NCBI GenBank assembly: GCA_022843505.1
Contig: JALHNN010000001.1
Location: forward strand, 1-54,624
Direction: 5' to 3'
Length of the DNA: 54,624 nucleotides
Source of the DNA: Sulfuritalea sp.
GTDB lineage: Bacteria > Pseudomonadota > Gammaproteobacteria > Burkholderiales > Rhodocyclaceae
Below, piece after piece: positions 1 through 9,234 of this stretch. The notes beneath the pieces were generated by a model that ran no database searches, had not been told where the DNA came from, and saw nothing but the letters and a program-made list of their open reading frames with translations. The translations under genes and the position numbers were made by a program. Position 1 is the stretch's first letter. Every line of letters begins with the position of its first letter.

Positions 1-437
1 TATTCTCGACCCATGCAGGACATGGTGTTGATGACCCGTTGCTTCGTGCCGTCGTGATACCAAAGACAGCCGTCTCGATTCAGATAACGCTCCGTCATGT
101 CCCGCCTAATCCTTGCGTCCCAGTGGTGCAGCCGAAGCTGCATGTCGTCAGAGATCAGGAGAAGGATGTCCCACCGACCGAAAACATCTCCATCGCTCTG
201 CACATCGGCATTGCACGCCTCGATCTTGGTGCGCGAGTTTCCGCCCACAAGAATGACGTTTTGGTGCAAATCCATAGCCCGCCTGAACACGCCTTCATCC
301 ATCGTCACGTCATCGAGATCGAGAGATACCAGAAAGGTAATCCGAAGCATGTCCGCCGCCCCATCCACGTACTCCCGCAGGCGGTGAAGGAATATCTCCG
401 GACGCTGGCGGGTGGGATACTTTACGAGGATGCGCAT
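1..437 (-). CDS. GT2-like glycosyltransferase (partial, runs off window start)
   Basis: Manual translation from ATG at 437: MRILVKYPTRQRPE...FLVSLDLDD...SRTKIEACNAD...WDILLLISDDM; GT-A fold start motif and DxD-like motif. Not in ORF track because truncated. Confidence 0.75.
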   Translation of the reverse strand, partial: MRILVKYPTRQRPEIFLHRLREYVDGAADMLRITFLVSLDLDDVTMDEGVFRRAMDLHQNVILVGGNSRTKIEACNADVQSDGDVFGRWDILLLISDDMQLRLHHWDARIRRDMTERYLNRDGCLWYHDGTKQRVINTMSCMGRE

Positions 438-441
438 GGCC

Positions 442-1371
442 TCAATAAACCCTCTTGCCCACATGGCCAAGAACGAGCCCGGTGTCCACGTAGGTTTTGA
501 TGCCCAGCTTGCCAGCACGGCGGCAGAATGCCACGTCCTCCCCGCGCCAGACATTCGACCTCCCAAAGTACCCTGGCGGCTCCTTGTCCCGAGGCGGCGG
601 CGGGGGCGCAATATCGGCCAGAATCCCGCCCGGCGTGGCCGCCGCCTTCATCTCCTCGAAAACCGAGCGATGAACTCGCACAAACCCAAAGGCGGTCCAG
701 CCAACTTCCTCAAGCCGGGACTCGCTGGTCTTGCCCGTGAAACACCCGTTCAGGCGCTCGTTCTCCGTTGCCGCCCTGAAGGCAGATTCGCACTGGACCT
801 TGCCCGTCCCGCGACGATCCCGGTAGAGGCCGCCAACGATGCGCGCCTCCTTGGGGTGAGACATGATCCTGTCGAATGCGTTGAAGCTGGCCCGTGGTTC
901 GGCCAGAGGAACCCCCGCATGGCGCAGCATGGCCCCGTTGCCACACGGCAGGATCATGTCGCAATCGGCGAAGATGAACCATTCGGCGGTGGACAGCAGG
1001 GCCCGCTCGGCCAAGTCATTCCTCGCTTCCTCGATCAGCGTCCGCAGCTTGGGGATGATCGCAATCTTCTCGATGCCGTACAGCCGCATCGACCGAATCA
1101 GCGTGATCAGGAACATCGGCTCAGGATCTTCGTAGATCGGAAGAAGAAGCGCGATGCCCTCATTTGTCTTTCCCCACAGTTCAGGTGTCTGACAGAGGAG
1201 CGTTTCGTCCCAGACCTTTTGGGCGGCAGCAAGGCTGGGTGCGTTCTTGCCCTTCTTCCAGCCTGCGATGGTCCCGAGAGATACGCCGAAGTAGGTTGCG
1301 GCCTCGGCATCGGGCATTGTGCCGATCTTGTCCAGGACGAGGGCGGCCAGTTCTTGCGGCGGCGTAGGCAT
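442..1371 (-). CDS. N-terminal HTH fused to GT2-like glycosyltransferase domain
   Basis: N-term 'DAEAATYFGVSLGTIAGWKKG' HTH; 'EARNDL...FIFADCDM', 'FGFVRVHRSVFE', 'GEDVAFCRRA...YVDTGLVLGHVG' GT-A motifs. Confidence 0.75.
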   Translation of the reverse strand: MPTPPQELAALVLDKIGTMPDAEAATYFGVSLGTIAGWKKGKNAPSLAAAQKVWDETLLCQTPELWGKTNEGIALLLPIYEDPEPMFLITLIRSMRLYGIEKIAIIPKLRTLIEEARNDLAERALLSTAEWFIFADCDMILPCGNGAMLRHAGVPLAEPRASFNAFDRIMSHPKEARIVGGLYRDRRGTGKVQCESAFRAATENERLNGCFTGKTSESRLEEVGWTAFGFVRVHRSVFEEMKAAATPGGILADIAPPPPPRDKEPPGYFGRSNVWRGEDVAFCRRAGKLGIKTYVDTGLVLGHVGKRVY

Positions 1372-1373
1372 CG

Positions 1374-2906
1374 TCAGTCTTCGGTAGTTCCAGACTGCAA
1401 CGCGGTGGCCCGCGCCCGGAGGCCGCTCCTGAAGTCGGTCGGGTCAGACGGCTCCGGCTCCTTGGTCGATTTTCCTGCCGAGGTCAGCAGCGATCCGCCC
1501 TTGCCGGTCGTCTTCATCGCCCCCTTGGCCTTGGAAAGCTGCTCCTTGAGTGCCGCCACCTCGCTTTCAAGTGCGCCAACCGTGCGCCGGAGGTGATGGG
1601 CCTCGGCGGCTTCGAGCTTCATCTGGCCGTATTCCAGCGGTGTCGATGGGTGCTTGCCGAGCCCATCGCGGAGCTGTTTGTTGAACTCGTTGGTCTCCTC
1701 GATCTGCTGGCGTTGCTCCGGCGTGGCATTGGCCGGGATTTCCACGTCCTTGAGCCAATCTGTCTTGCTCGTCGTTTCCGCAAGCCAGTTGGAGTATTCC
1801 TCCGCGGCCTTGCGTTCCGCCGCCTGCCTCCCCTCGACGGCAGCCCGCTGCGCGGCTTCCTGCTTCTCGTAGTGCTCTTTGAAATTGGCCGCCTCCTTCT
1901 CCTTGGCGACCCGTGCTTCCTCGGAAAGGAGGCGCTGCTGCCCCATGGCGGTCTTGATGAACTCGGCGTCGTCGAGTGGAATCGCCTGCATCCACGAACG
2001 CGCCAGTTCGGCCGCAGAGCGCGTAACCTGGACGTTCTCCCCGGTGCCGGGATCGACCTCGGTCACAGTGAATTGCTGGGTTGAGCGGCTGAACGGCCCG
2101 AATCCGCCCGCATCGGCAATCGCCTTCATCGTGGCCTGATTCACGAATTTTCCGAGCGTGTCGGCGATTGACTTTTCCGCCCGCGAGATGGGCTCGACAT
2201 ACTTAGCCTTGAAGTCGGGGTCGTTTTCGATTTCGACCCTGCGCCGAAGAATCTGGGCTGTTTGGGTAGCCTCCTCGAACTTCTTCTTCAGTTCGGCATA
2301 TTCTTCGGCGTTAACTGCGGTGGCGGGCTTTTTCCTGGCCTCCTCCAGTTCCCGCCTCGCCTCGGCCACGGCCTCGTCCTTCTTGGCGATCTCGCGCAGG
2401 AAGTGCTTGATTCGCTTGGCCGTTTCCGGCTTGTCGTGGGCAAGCACTTTGCGCTGATCTTCAGGGACATCCTCCTCCTCGGTCTTCTTGGGGGTCTCCT
2501 CTTTTTTCTCGACGGCCGGCGCAGCCTTTTTGTCGTCGGACTTTGGGGGAGCCTTGGCCTTCACCTCAATCACCTTCTCGGGATCTGATTCCTTCTCGGT
2601 CGCAGGGGCCTCCTGCTTTTTCTTCATCATCTCCCGCGCCTTCTCGCCGAACCCATCCAGCGACCGCTCCATGAGCCTCCCCTTGTCATCGCCAATGCGG
2701 AGGGTGTCTTCACGAGGCTCCTTGAAGACCGTTTTCGGGACCTCGGGGGCCGGCGGCTGCGGGTCCAGGGAGGGACGGCTGCTGCCGGCGAGTTCCTGGT
2801 TGAGCTGTTCCGGCGTAATCGGCTTGGCGGACGAGCCCGCTTGGCTCGGTGGAGATGCTTGAGGGGGGGTTGGGTCTGGCATAAGGGGGTTGGGTCTGGT
2901 GCTCAC
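1374..2906 (-). CDS. Coiled-coil, low-complexity protein; probable capsid scaffolding protein
   Basis: 510 aa, E/K/A/P-rich, helical, two genes downstream of the portal (positional inference). Confidence 0.5.
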   Translation of the reverse strand: MSTRPNPLMPDPTPPQASPPSQAGSSAKPITPEQLNQELAGSSRPSLDPQPPAPEVPKTVFKEPREDTLRIGDDKGRLMERSLDGFGEKAREMMKKKQEAPATEKESDPEKVIEVKAKAPPKSDDKKAAPAVEKKEETPKKTEEEDVPEDQRKVLAHDKPETAKRIKHFLREIAKKDEAVAEARRELEEARKKPATAVNAEEYAELKKKFEEATQTAQILRRRVEIENDPDFKAKYVEPISRAEKSIADTLGKFVNQATMKAIADAGGFGPFSRSTQQFTVTEVDPGTGENVQVTRSAAELARSWMQAIPLDDAEFIKTAMGQQRLLSEEARVAKEKEAANFKEHYEKQEAAQRAAVEGRQAAERKAAEEYSNWLAETTSKTDWLKDVEIPANATPEQRQQIEETNEFNKQLRDGLGKHPSTPLEYGQMKLEAAEAHHLRRTVGALESEVAALKEQLSKAKGAMKTTGKGGSLLTSAGKSTKEPEPSDPTDFRSGLRARATALQSGTTED

Positions 2907-3166
2907 GCCTCCATCGGCGGTTCGTCCAGCGTCCTCTCGGACGACGGAAGCCGGGTAAGGACACCGGTCAGATCATTCAGGGCCTCCTGGTATCCGGCCC
3001 ACTTCAGGGACGCCTCCATGATGGCCGCCACGGTGTCTCCCTTGGCGGCTGGACAGTGATTCATCCGCAAAAACATGACCGCCTCCTGAAACCGTGGATC
3101 GCCGGCAATTTGCCGCCACCAAATAATTGTGGTCTTGTCCAGCGTCGGAGCATCCATGGTCGTCAC
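2903..3166 (-). CDS. Small hypothetical protein between portal and scaffold
   Basis: 87 aa ORF overlapping the next gene start; typical podovirus position. Confidence 0.6.
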   Translation of the reverse strand: MTTMDAPTLDKTTIIWWRQIAGDPRFQEAVMFLRMNHCPAAKGDTVAAIMEASLKWAGYQEALNDLTGVLTRLPSSERTLDEPPMEA

Positions 3167-3231
3167 TTACTCTGCGCACGCGGCCTAACGTCGTGTCAAC
3201 CAAAGAATGACAGGCGTGTCAAAATTTTGCA

Positions 3232-5406
3232 TTATCCCGCAAGCTGCTGACCAGAAATTTGCGGAGCGCCTTGCTCGGCGAACTGTTGCTGCTGGGCGGC
3301 GGCCTGCTCCTTGGCCTTTTCCTCCATCGCGCGCTGGTAGCGTGCAAGAGTGGCCTTGGCCTCGTTGATCTGGTCCGGCGGCCACGTCTTTTGGCTCACC
3401 CCAGCGGCGTAGTGCGCGGCCAAATGAGTGAGTCCTGCCACCGCAGCCTGCATGAGCCCTCCGTTGATCGCGTCCTCGATTGGCTTGCCGGCCAGGCCCT
3501 GCCAGTGGACGTAATGGTTGTCCGTGACCACCACCTGCACCGGCTCGCCGGTCACCAGCATGGTCGTATTCTCAATCTGTTGCTGGCGTTGCTGCGCCGT
3601 GATCGTGGTTATGTCCCCATCCGGGACCACAATGCTTTCCACGAAAGAATCTCCGCCCCCGGGGACGCCGGCCGCCATGTAGCGGGCTGCCGCCGACTGG
3701 TTAAACAGGGGGTTCCCCATGACAGACGAGGCAAATTGGGCGCGCTGGCTTGCGGCATACTCGGTGAAGTCGGTAACGCTTTGGATTACCGGCTGATTGA
3801 TCAGAATCTCTATCTCCTCCTCAGTCAGGCTGATCGAAGGGGGAGGCGTGATCTTTTGCAGGATTTTTATACTTTTCCGCAACTTCCTCCAAATCGACGC
3901 GAGCCACCCGGCGTTGTCTCCCAACAATTTTTTGCGAACCCCCTTGGCGTATTCGTCATCGCTGTCTGGATCGAGCATCCGGCTGATCATGGTCCTCACC
4001 ACCAACGCAACCTGCTTCATCCACGCCTCCAGCACATCGCGCTGCGCCTCCTGCTCACGCGCAAGGGCGGCGTTCACCTGAGCGGCCTTTATGTCACTGG
4101 GCTGAAGGGGGATGGGCGGAAGATAATCGCCCACAATTTCTTGCGCCCACTGCGTCATACGGTCATCCAGGGCCAGATAGCCCTCTGACTTGCCCCCCAC
4201 CGCGGCCACGTTTCCAGCGAAGGTAGCCCCGGTGGCGATAATCATGGTGTCGTTCACCACAAGTTGTGCAGTGGCAACGTCTTTTGCGGACGCAACCTGC
4301 AACTTCTGCTTGTTGCTGTTCAGCAGGTTGTCTATCGAGTCGTTCCGCACCCTCTCCACCTGTGCAGCAAGGTCGTAAAGCAGCTGCCCGGCGCCCCAGG
4401 AACCGTGGATCGTGCCGTCCCCATACCCAAACGTCATGGCGACCACAACGTCGTCCGTCCTTTCGTATGCGTCAAGGTGCTCGTAGAGAAGCTGGAACTT
4501 GGTCGGTCCGCTTGGCCACAGAATGTAATGGCTGACCTTACCGTTGAACTCCACAACGTATAAATGCCTGCACTCTATAACCTTGGTGGTTTTTGTGTAA
4601 CTGAAATCCCATGCCTGCTCTCGAATCATCTCCTCCCACTTGCGTAGGTTGCTGTAATCGCTCGGCATTGCCGGAAGACTGGCCGCTTGGACGGCGGCCG
4701 CCACGGCGTCCTTCTGCCAATTCTCGCTTCCGCCCTCGACAGACTTCCGCACGATCTCCAGCAGGACATTGGGCTGGTAATCCCACTTCAGCGTGAACCT
4801 TTGCAGGTTTTCGTCCATGACCTCGGTTCCACGTGGAACGAACCCCCTGTCCATCCGGCATAAGTGCGGTCTCCACTCGTAAGGGTCTGTCCATGAAGCA
4901 AATCCGAACCCGTAATCCACCACCTCGGATGCCAACCCCCGCCAGAACATGTCATTTTTCCGCCATCCACGGATGGCCCGCGTCATTGTGTCCCTAAAAA
5001 ACTGGGTTTTCTTCTGTCCTTCAGGCCATCCGGCCGGAAGTTCGGCGGCCGTCATGGTCGATGCCGTCAGGACCGGCATGTAAAAGCGGGGCGCAGCTCG
5101 ATTCAGCTCCTTTTGCAGGAACCTGGTCGAAAAGTTTCGCTTCCACGCCTTGCCCTGATCCTTGAGATCCTTGTTGTTGTAAGGAGGCGCACCCTGCTTC
5201 TTGGCCGTGATTCTCCTGGCGTTCCTGATCAGGTTTCTCGCGTCCCGAATGTCGGTCTCTGTGAGATTCACCGCAGCATCGACCGAGGTGACCACGCGAT
5301 TGTCCGCCCCCATGGTTTTCTCGTCTACCTCCGGAGACGCGCCGTAGCCGCTCCCTGTCGGAGAAGTGGCAGTGGAAGATGGTAACCGGGAAAGCGGAGT
5401 CTCCAT
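3232..5406 (-). CDS. Probable portal (head-tail connector) protein
   Basis: 724 aa, Q-rich C-terminal tail, 'HGSWGAGQLLYD' segment, position ahead of scaffold-like gene. Confidence 0.65.
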   Translation of the reverse strand: METPLSRLPSSTATSPTGSGYGASPEVDEKTMGADNRVVTSVDAAVNLTETDIRDARNLIRNARRITAKKQGAPPYNNKDLKDQGKAWKRNFSTRFLQKELNRAAPRFYMPVLTASTMTAAELPAGWPEGQKKTQFFRDTMTRAIRGWRKNDMFWRGLASEVVDYGFGFASWTDPYEWRPHLCRMDRGFVPRGTEVMDENLQRFTLKWDYQPNVLLEIVRKSVEGGSENWQKDAVAAAVQAASLPAMPSDYSNLRKWEEMIREQAWDFSYTKTTKVIECRHLYVVEFNGKVSHYILWPSGPTKFQLLYEHLDAYERTDDVVVAMTFGYGDGTIHGSWGAGQLLYDLAAQVERVRNDSIDNLLNSNKQKLQVASAKDVATAQLVVNDTMIIATGATFAGNVAAVGGKSEGYLALDDRMTQWAQEIVGDYLPPIPLQPSDIKAAQVNAALAREQEAQRDVLEAWMKQVALVVRTMISRMLDPDSDDEYAKGVRKKLLGDNAGWLASIWRKLRKSIKILQKITPPPSISLTEEEIEILINQPVIQSVTDFTEYAASQRAQFASSVMGNPLFNQSAAARYMAAGVPGGGDSFVESIVVPDGDITTITAQQRQQQIENTTMLVTGEPVQVVVTDNHYVHWQGLAGKPIEDAINGGLMQAAVAGLTHLAAHYAAGVSQKTWPPDQINEAKATLARYQRAMEEKAKEQAAAQQQQFAEQGAPQISGQQLAG

Positions 5407-5473
5407 CGACAGAATCTACTCGTGGTCCAGCATTTGACGGACTGTCAGAATGTCGCGAACCGGAGTCAATGAT

Positions 5474-5779
5474 TTAGCGGCGCGGTCCCACCGGGCAATC
5501 CGGCCACATCTGGTGCCGGACCAGCATCTTGATCGCCTTCTTCGCCTGCGCGAGCGACCATTGGCGCGTTCCGCTTTCCAGATAGGAAATCATTCCGCTG
5601 CTCAGGCCCATCCGCCGGGAAAATTCGTCCAGCCTGATCCTGCGGGCCTTGCGTTCAGCCCGGACCATCCTGCCGAACTCACGCCAGAGCCGGCGCGTGC
5701 CCTCGCGCTCGCGCTTCCGGCGCCGTTCGTCAGCTTCCATCGAGGTGATCATGCGGCCCAATGCTTCGAGTGTGGTCAT
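5474..5779 (-). CDS. XRE-family HTH DNA-binding protein
   Basis: 'GRMVRAERKARRIRLDEFSRRMGLSSGMISYLESGTR'. Confidence 0.8.
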   Translation of the reverse strand: MTTLEALGRMITSMEADERRRKREREGTRRLWREFGRMVRAERKARRIRLDEFSRRMGLSSGMISYLESGTRQWSLAQAKKAIKMLVRHQMWPDCPVGPRR

Positions 5780-6093
5780 GTCATCAATCCCTCCATATAC
5801 CCAAACGCGAATCCCTTCCTCGCCAACACATCCTCCGTTCGCGGATCAAAAATGTCCCCATCCCTGAACGCCTTCATTCCCGCCGCGTGAGCCTTCGACT
5901 TCCCTGCCGTGCTCTCCAGCTTGATCCTGCGTCCAAACCGCGCCACGGCCTGATCAAGCGTGCCAAAGCGGTGTGTGACGAGCGGAGAGCCGTTGCCAAA
6001 CTGGTGCTCGCCAGCGGCGTTCTCGCCATAATAGACGACTTGCTGACCCTGAACATCGGCCATGGATTGCGCGCGGGGATTCATTCCAGACAT
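5776..6093 (-). CDS. Hypothetical protein
   Basis: ORF with ATGA overlap to the HTH gene. Confidence 0.5.
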   Translation of the reverse strand: MSGMNPRAQSMADVQGQQVVYYGENAAGEHQFGNGSPLVTHRFGTLDQAVARFGRRIKLESTAGKSKAHAAGMKAFRDGDIFDPRTEDVLARKGFAFGYMEGLMT

Positions 6094-6145
6094 CGCTTAA
6101 CATCTCGTGTTGCGCTGTCGAGATTTTTATCCAACCTTGGTTTTC

Positions 6146-6730
6146 ATGGACATCCTCCTTTCCGTCCTGGTCCCTTCCCTGCCCGAACGGCTGGACAAAT
6201 TGAGTGAATTGCTCGCGGTCCTCGCAAAGCAGGCCGATCCCCAGTTGGAGGTCATCGCCTTTCTCGACAACCGCGCCCGCCATCTGGGCACGAAGAGAAA
6301 CGACATGATGGACATGGCCGCCGGGCGCTACGTCTGCCACATTGACGACGACGACTCCGTGTCACCGGATTTCTTCAGGACACTGAAGCCCGAACTGGAG
6401 CACGGAGTCGATTTGGTGGCCTACAATGCCGATTGCAGCCTGAACGGCTCGCCGCCGTTTATCGTCCGCACGATCCTTGGTGCGCAGAACGAACAGCCGA
6501 AACACCTGCCCCACGGGCGATTCTCAGACATCATCCGCACGCCATGGCACTGGTGCGCGTGGCGAACCGACTTTGCGCGGGACTTTCGTTTCCCGGATCA
6601 CCACGACGGTGCCGAGGACTGGTTCTTTCTCAAGCAGGCACTGCCCAAGGTGAAGACATGGCGGAAGGTAGAGAAGGTTCTGTTCCATCACCGGTATTGC
6701 CGGGAGCGGACGACGTTTGGGCCGCGGTAA
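6146..6730 (+). CDS. GT2-family glycosyltransferase
   Basis: 'LLSVLVPSLPER...LGTKRNDMMDMAAGRYVCHIDDDD...GAEDWFF'. Confidence 0.85.
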   Translation: MDILLSVLVPSLPERLDKLSELLAVLAKQADPQLEVIAFLDNRARHLGTKRNDMMDMAAGRYVCHIDDDDSVSPDFFRTLKPELEHGVDLVAYNADCSLNGSPPFIVRTILGAQNEQPKHLPHGRFSDIIRTPWHWCAWRTDFARDFRFPDHHDGAEDWFFLKQALPKVKTWRKVEKVLFHHRYCRERTTFGPR

Positions 6731-6731
6731 G

Positions 6732-7283
6732 CTAAGGGCTGCGGCCCTCGGGGTCGCCCTTGTTGTTCGGTGAAGGGATGCGGCGCAGTTGGCTATGCCA
6801 GCGCAAGGCACGCAGCGCGGTGTCATCGAGCGGATGGCGAAGCACGTCGAGGCAGTCGGCCAGGCCGTCTGCACATTTCCCAAGCTCGTCGTAGTCCGCA
6901 GTCCGCACGGTCCATCCGTCGAGTTCATGGTCCAGGATTTCGGCGACTAACCGACGGGCCTCGGCGTGCTCGTTCGACATGAGCCAATCGCGGAAGCGGC
7001 CCTCGATTGCGGTCACGATTGTCTCTGCGAGGGCAGAAGCATCCGGAGTGTCCTCTACAGGTCGGACGGCGGAGCTATGTCCCATGACATGATTTCGCAG
7101 TGCTACAGGATCGGCCAACATCGCTCGCACTTCCGACGCCAACACTAGGCCAAACCGCCCAACCAATCGCCCGACACAGCGCTGAATGATGGCAAGCCCC
7201 CGGTCAAGTGCGCTGTATTTGGAACGCCAGCGGTTGTATCTCTGCCACTTCCGGGCGGTTGTGGAAGTTACTCGATTCTTCAT
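6732..7283 (-). CDS. Cassette ORF, hypothetical
   Basis: Ends 'PNNKGDPEGRSP' read through the attC arm; contains 'CVGRLVGR' attC-arm peptide. Confidence 0.6.
   Translation of the reverse strand: MKNRVTSTTARKWQRYNRWRSKYSALDRGLAIIQRCVGRLVGRFGLVLASEVRAMLADPVALRNHVMGHSSAVRPVEDTPDASALAETIVTAIEGRFRDWLMSNEHAEARRLVAEILDHELDGWTVRTADYDELGKCADGLADCLDVLRHPLDDTALRALRWHSQLRRIPSPNNKGDPEGRSP
6735..6771 (+). repeat. attC half-site (L'-R' arm only), array 1 left boundary
   Basis: agggctgcggccctcg-GGGTCG-cccttgtt-GTTCGGT; left arm missing next to the convergent GT gene. Confidence 0.55.
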
Positions 7284-7305
7284 GTTGGTGAATCACTGGG
7301 TCTGC
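7157..7305 (+). repeat. Degenerate attC site
   Basis: GCCCAAC caatcgcccgacac ... TGGTGA atcactg GGTCTGC; arms pair poorly. Confidence 0.45.
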
Positions 7306-7649
7306 GGAAAGATTAGTGCCTCGCTGCCGTCATCGGCCGCAGCGATCATCATCTTGTCGAGGAAGTCGTTCAGCGGGCTGTTGCCCACCTCGTCTTCGCG
7401 GGTCATCGCGCGTCCGACATCCCTCGCCCATGCCTTTCGGCGGCGCGTATCCACTTTGCAGTTGTTGAGTGGGCCACCGTTTCTCCAGTGACTAGCCCAT
7501 GCCAGAGTTCCGACGCCAATCTCGATCACGAGTTTGTTATCGCGGACCACGCACGCAAGCGGCGCAGACCCAGCGCCCACAGCCAACGCCCTAGCGGCGG
7601 ACTTCTTCGAGCGTGGCGTTGCCCGCTCAACATTGGATTTCTTTTTCAT
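7293..7649 (-). CDS. Cassette ORF, hypothetical
   Basis: Start and GGAGG RBS inside attC 7564-7697. Confidence 0.75.
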   Translation of the reverse strand: MKKKSNVERATPRSKKSAARALAVGAGSAPLACVVRDNKLVIEIGVGTLAWASHWRNGGPLNNCKVDTRRRKAWARDVGRAMTREDEVGNSPLNDFLDKMMIAAADDGSEALIFPQTQ

Positions 7650-7697
7650 AGAGTGGTGCCTCCGCTCGCGGGCGTCGGCTGATGCTTATTGTTCGGC
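7564..7697 (+). repeat. attC site
   Basis: GCAGACC cagcgccca CAGCCAACGCCC ... GGGCGTCGGCTGA tgcttatt GTTCGGC. Confidence 0.85.
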
Positions 7698-7991
7698 TTA
7701 AAGGTCACGGGCCATGGCCGCGTCGATGGCGTGGCGGAGTGAGCACCAGTTAGTGCTAGCGAGGATGTCGTCCAGTGTGGCGAGGTTGGATTGCCCGAGG
7801 GCACGATTTTCCAGCCACCTGATTCTGTCCGTGTCGGTGGTCTCTTTCGCCGAACCAGTCGGCACAGCAGCAACGACCTTGATGGGGTCGCGAGATTCGG
7901 GCGGACTGCCTGCGCTCGGGCTGGCCATCGCGTCCAGCATGTCCGCGCAGGCGGCGTGAAATTGATCGGGGGTCTTGATCGGTGTCGTCAT
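7698..7991 (-). CDS. Cassette ORF, hypothetical ('DTDRIRWLE...SLRHAIDAAM' family)
   Basis: Stop TAA abuts R' box; paralog at 31435-31692. Confidence 0.75.
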   Translation of the reverse strand: MTTPIKTPDQFHAACADMLDAMASPSAGSPPESRDPIKVVAAVPTGSAKETTDTDRIRWLENRALGQSNLATLDDILASTNWCSLRHAIDAAMARDL

Positions 7992-8039
7992 TGGGTTGGC
8001 GGGTTTACGTTCTGGTCGTGGCTGACCTCCGTGTTCGGA
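7849..8039 (+). repeat. attC site (191 bp, long coding loop)
   Basis: GCCGAAC cagtcggca CAGCAGCAACGACC ... GGTCGTGGCTGA cctccgt GTTCGGA. Confidence 0.8.
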
Positions 8040-8378
8040 TTAGTAGAGGTTTTCACTGTAGAGTGTGCCGGGGACGCTTACCTGCTCGCGGATTTGTCCG
8101 GTCGTCTCGGCTCTCTTCCACGCGGTCTCGCGGTCCAAGAATTTGCCCCGGATGTCGATGAAGCCCTGTTCCTTTACCCGGCGGTGATAGCCGTCCCCGT
8201 AGATGCGGTGCAGCGTGGCCCGCATGTCGGGCGAGAAGTGGCGCACGCCAGCGACGATCAAGCCGTCATCCATCAGCATCGCGGCGGACACGATGCGATC
8301 CGAACCAGACGCCAGACCATCAATGACGGCCCGCGAGACGGCAGGGAGAGATTCGGGGCTTTGGAGTGGGGCCGTCAT
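8040..8378 (-). CDS. Cassette ORF, conserved small phage protein ('RIVSAA...GVRH...EQGFID..GKFLDRETAW...LYSENLY')
   Basis: Recognisable widespread phage hypothetical motif pattern. Confidence 0.8.
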   Translation of the reverse strand: MTAPLQSPESLPAVSRAVIDGLASGSDRIVSAAMLMDDGLIVAGVRHFSPDMRATLHRIYGDGYHRRVKEQGFIDIRGKFLDRETAWKRAETTGQIREQVSVPGTLYSENLY

Positions 8379-8399
8379 GAGGTCAGCTTAGTGTTCGGC
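8299..8399 (+). repeat. attC site
   Basis: TCCGAAC cagacgcca GACCATCAATGACGGCCC ... GGGCCGTCATGAGGTCA gcttagt GTTCGGC; ATGA start/stop overlap lies in the stem. Confidence 0.9.
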
Positions 8400-8818
8400 G
8401 AAATACGCACTTCGCTCGGGTGGCCATACTTTTGCCATACGGGCACTGGTTTGTCCCCTAATGGCTCTAGCACTTCGCGCAGTCGCTTCATGTCTTTCGA
8501 GTCCGCCACGCCTTCGTCGTAGGTCTGGCAGTAATTGTCGATGGATGCCCGGTATCGACCGATTTCCGCGTGAAGATGCGCCTTTTCTCGTTCGTCTTTG
8601 GCAATTGCTGCGTCCATTTTTTCAAGCGTCTGTATCGCGCGGAATAGCGTCAGCGTTACCGGGTGCTGATTTGCACGAAATTCGGCAGCCCACTCGCGGA
8701 GGTTATCCACAAGATAAGGCACGCCGAACAAGCGATCAGAGCCAACGCTGACAGCGGCTCCTTGGTTTTCGATAGTTGGATTTGTATTCATGGGTTGAGA
8801 GTAGTTCTGCGCTGTCAT
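8375..8818 (-). CDS. Cassette ORF, hypothetical
   Basis: Begins within attC ('VSVGSDRLFG'), ends 'PNTKLTS'. Confidence 0.75.
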   Translation of the reverse strand: MTAQNYSQPMNTNPTIENQGAAVSVGSDRLFGVPYLVDNLREWAAEFRANQHPVTLTLFRAIQTLEKMDAAIAKDEREKAHLHAEIGRYRASIDNYCQTYDEGVADSKDMKRLREVLEPLGDKPVPVWQKYGHPSEVRISPNTKLTS

Positions 8819-8842
8819 CGTGGCTCACTCGCAGGGTTCGGC
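8723..8842 (+). repeat. attC site
   Basis: GCCGAAC aagcgatca GAGCCAACGCTGACAGCG ... CGCTGTCATCGTGGCTCA ctcgcagg GTTCGGC. Confidence 0.92.
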
Positions 8843-9234
8843 GTAAGAAGAGCGCGAATGTCGTCGGCGTAGTCTGCCAGCCGCGCACCGCTCTTTGTGC
8901 GCTCGGCCTCTTCCAGCGCGTAGCGCAGTCGGTCGAAGTTGGGTGCCGTGCCAGTCATGCGCGCTTCGATGGCTCTCCATGTCGGCTCGTATTCAGGCCA
9001 GTCAGATTCGACCACCACGCATTGCAGTAGGCTCTTACCTTCGAGCTTCCGCCCACAGGCCACCGTGCTTCCGAGACTGCGGAGTTTGTCCCATTCCACA
9101 CGCGACAGGTGCTTGCGGGCGTCGCTGAGTTTGACGACGAAGTATCTCGGCTCGCGAGCGAACGCCGAACCCACGGCCACAGCACAACCGGCGCGCTCGT
9201 CCGGCTTGCGATCATTTTCAGTTGGATTTTGCAT
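8815..9234 (-). CDS. Cassette ORF, conserved phage protein ('FAREPRYFVVKLSD...CVVVESDWPEYEPTW')
   Basis: Widespread phage hypothetical motif; ends 'PNPASEPR'. Confidence 0.8.
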   Translation of the reverse strand: MQNPTENDRKPDERAGCAVAVGSAFAREPRYFVVKLSDARKHLSRVEWDKLRSLGSTVACGRKLEGKSLLQCVVVESDWPEYEPTWRAIEARMTGTAPNFDRLRYALEEAERTKSGARLADYADDIRALLTPNPASEPR

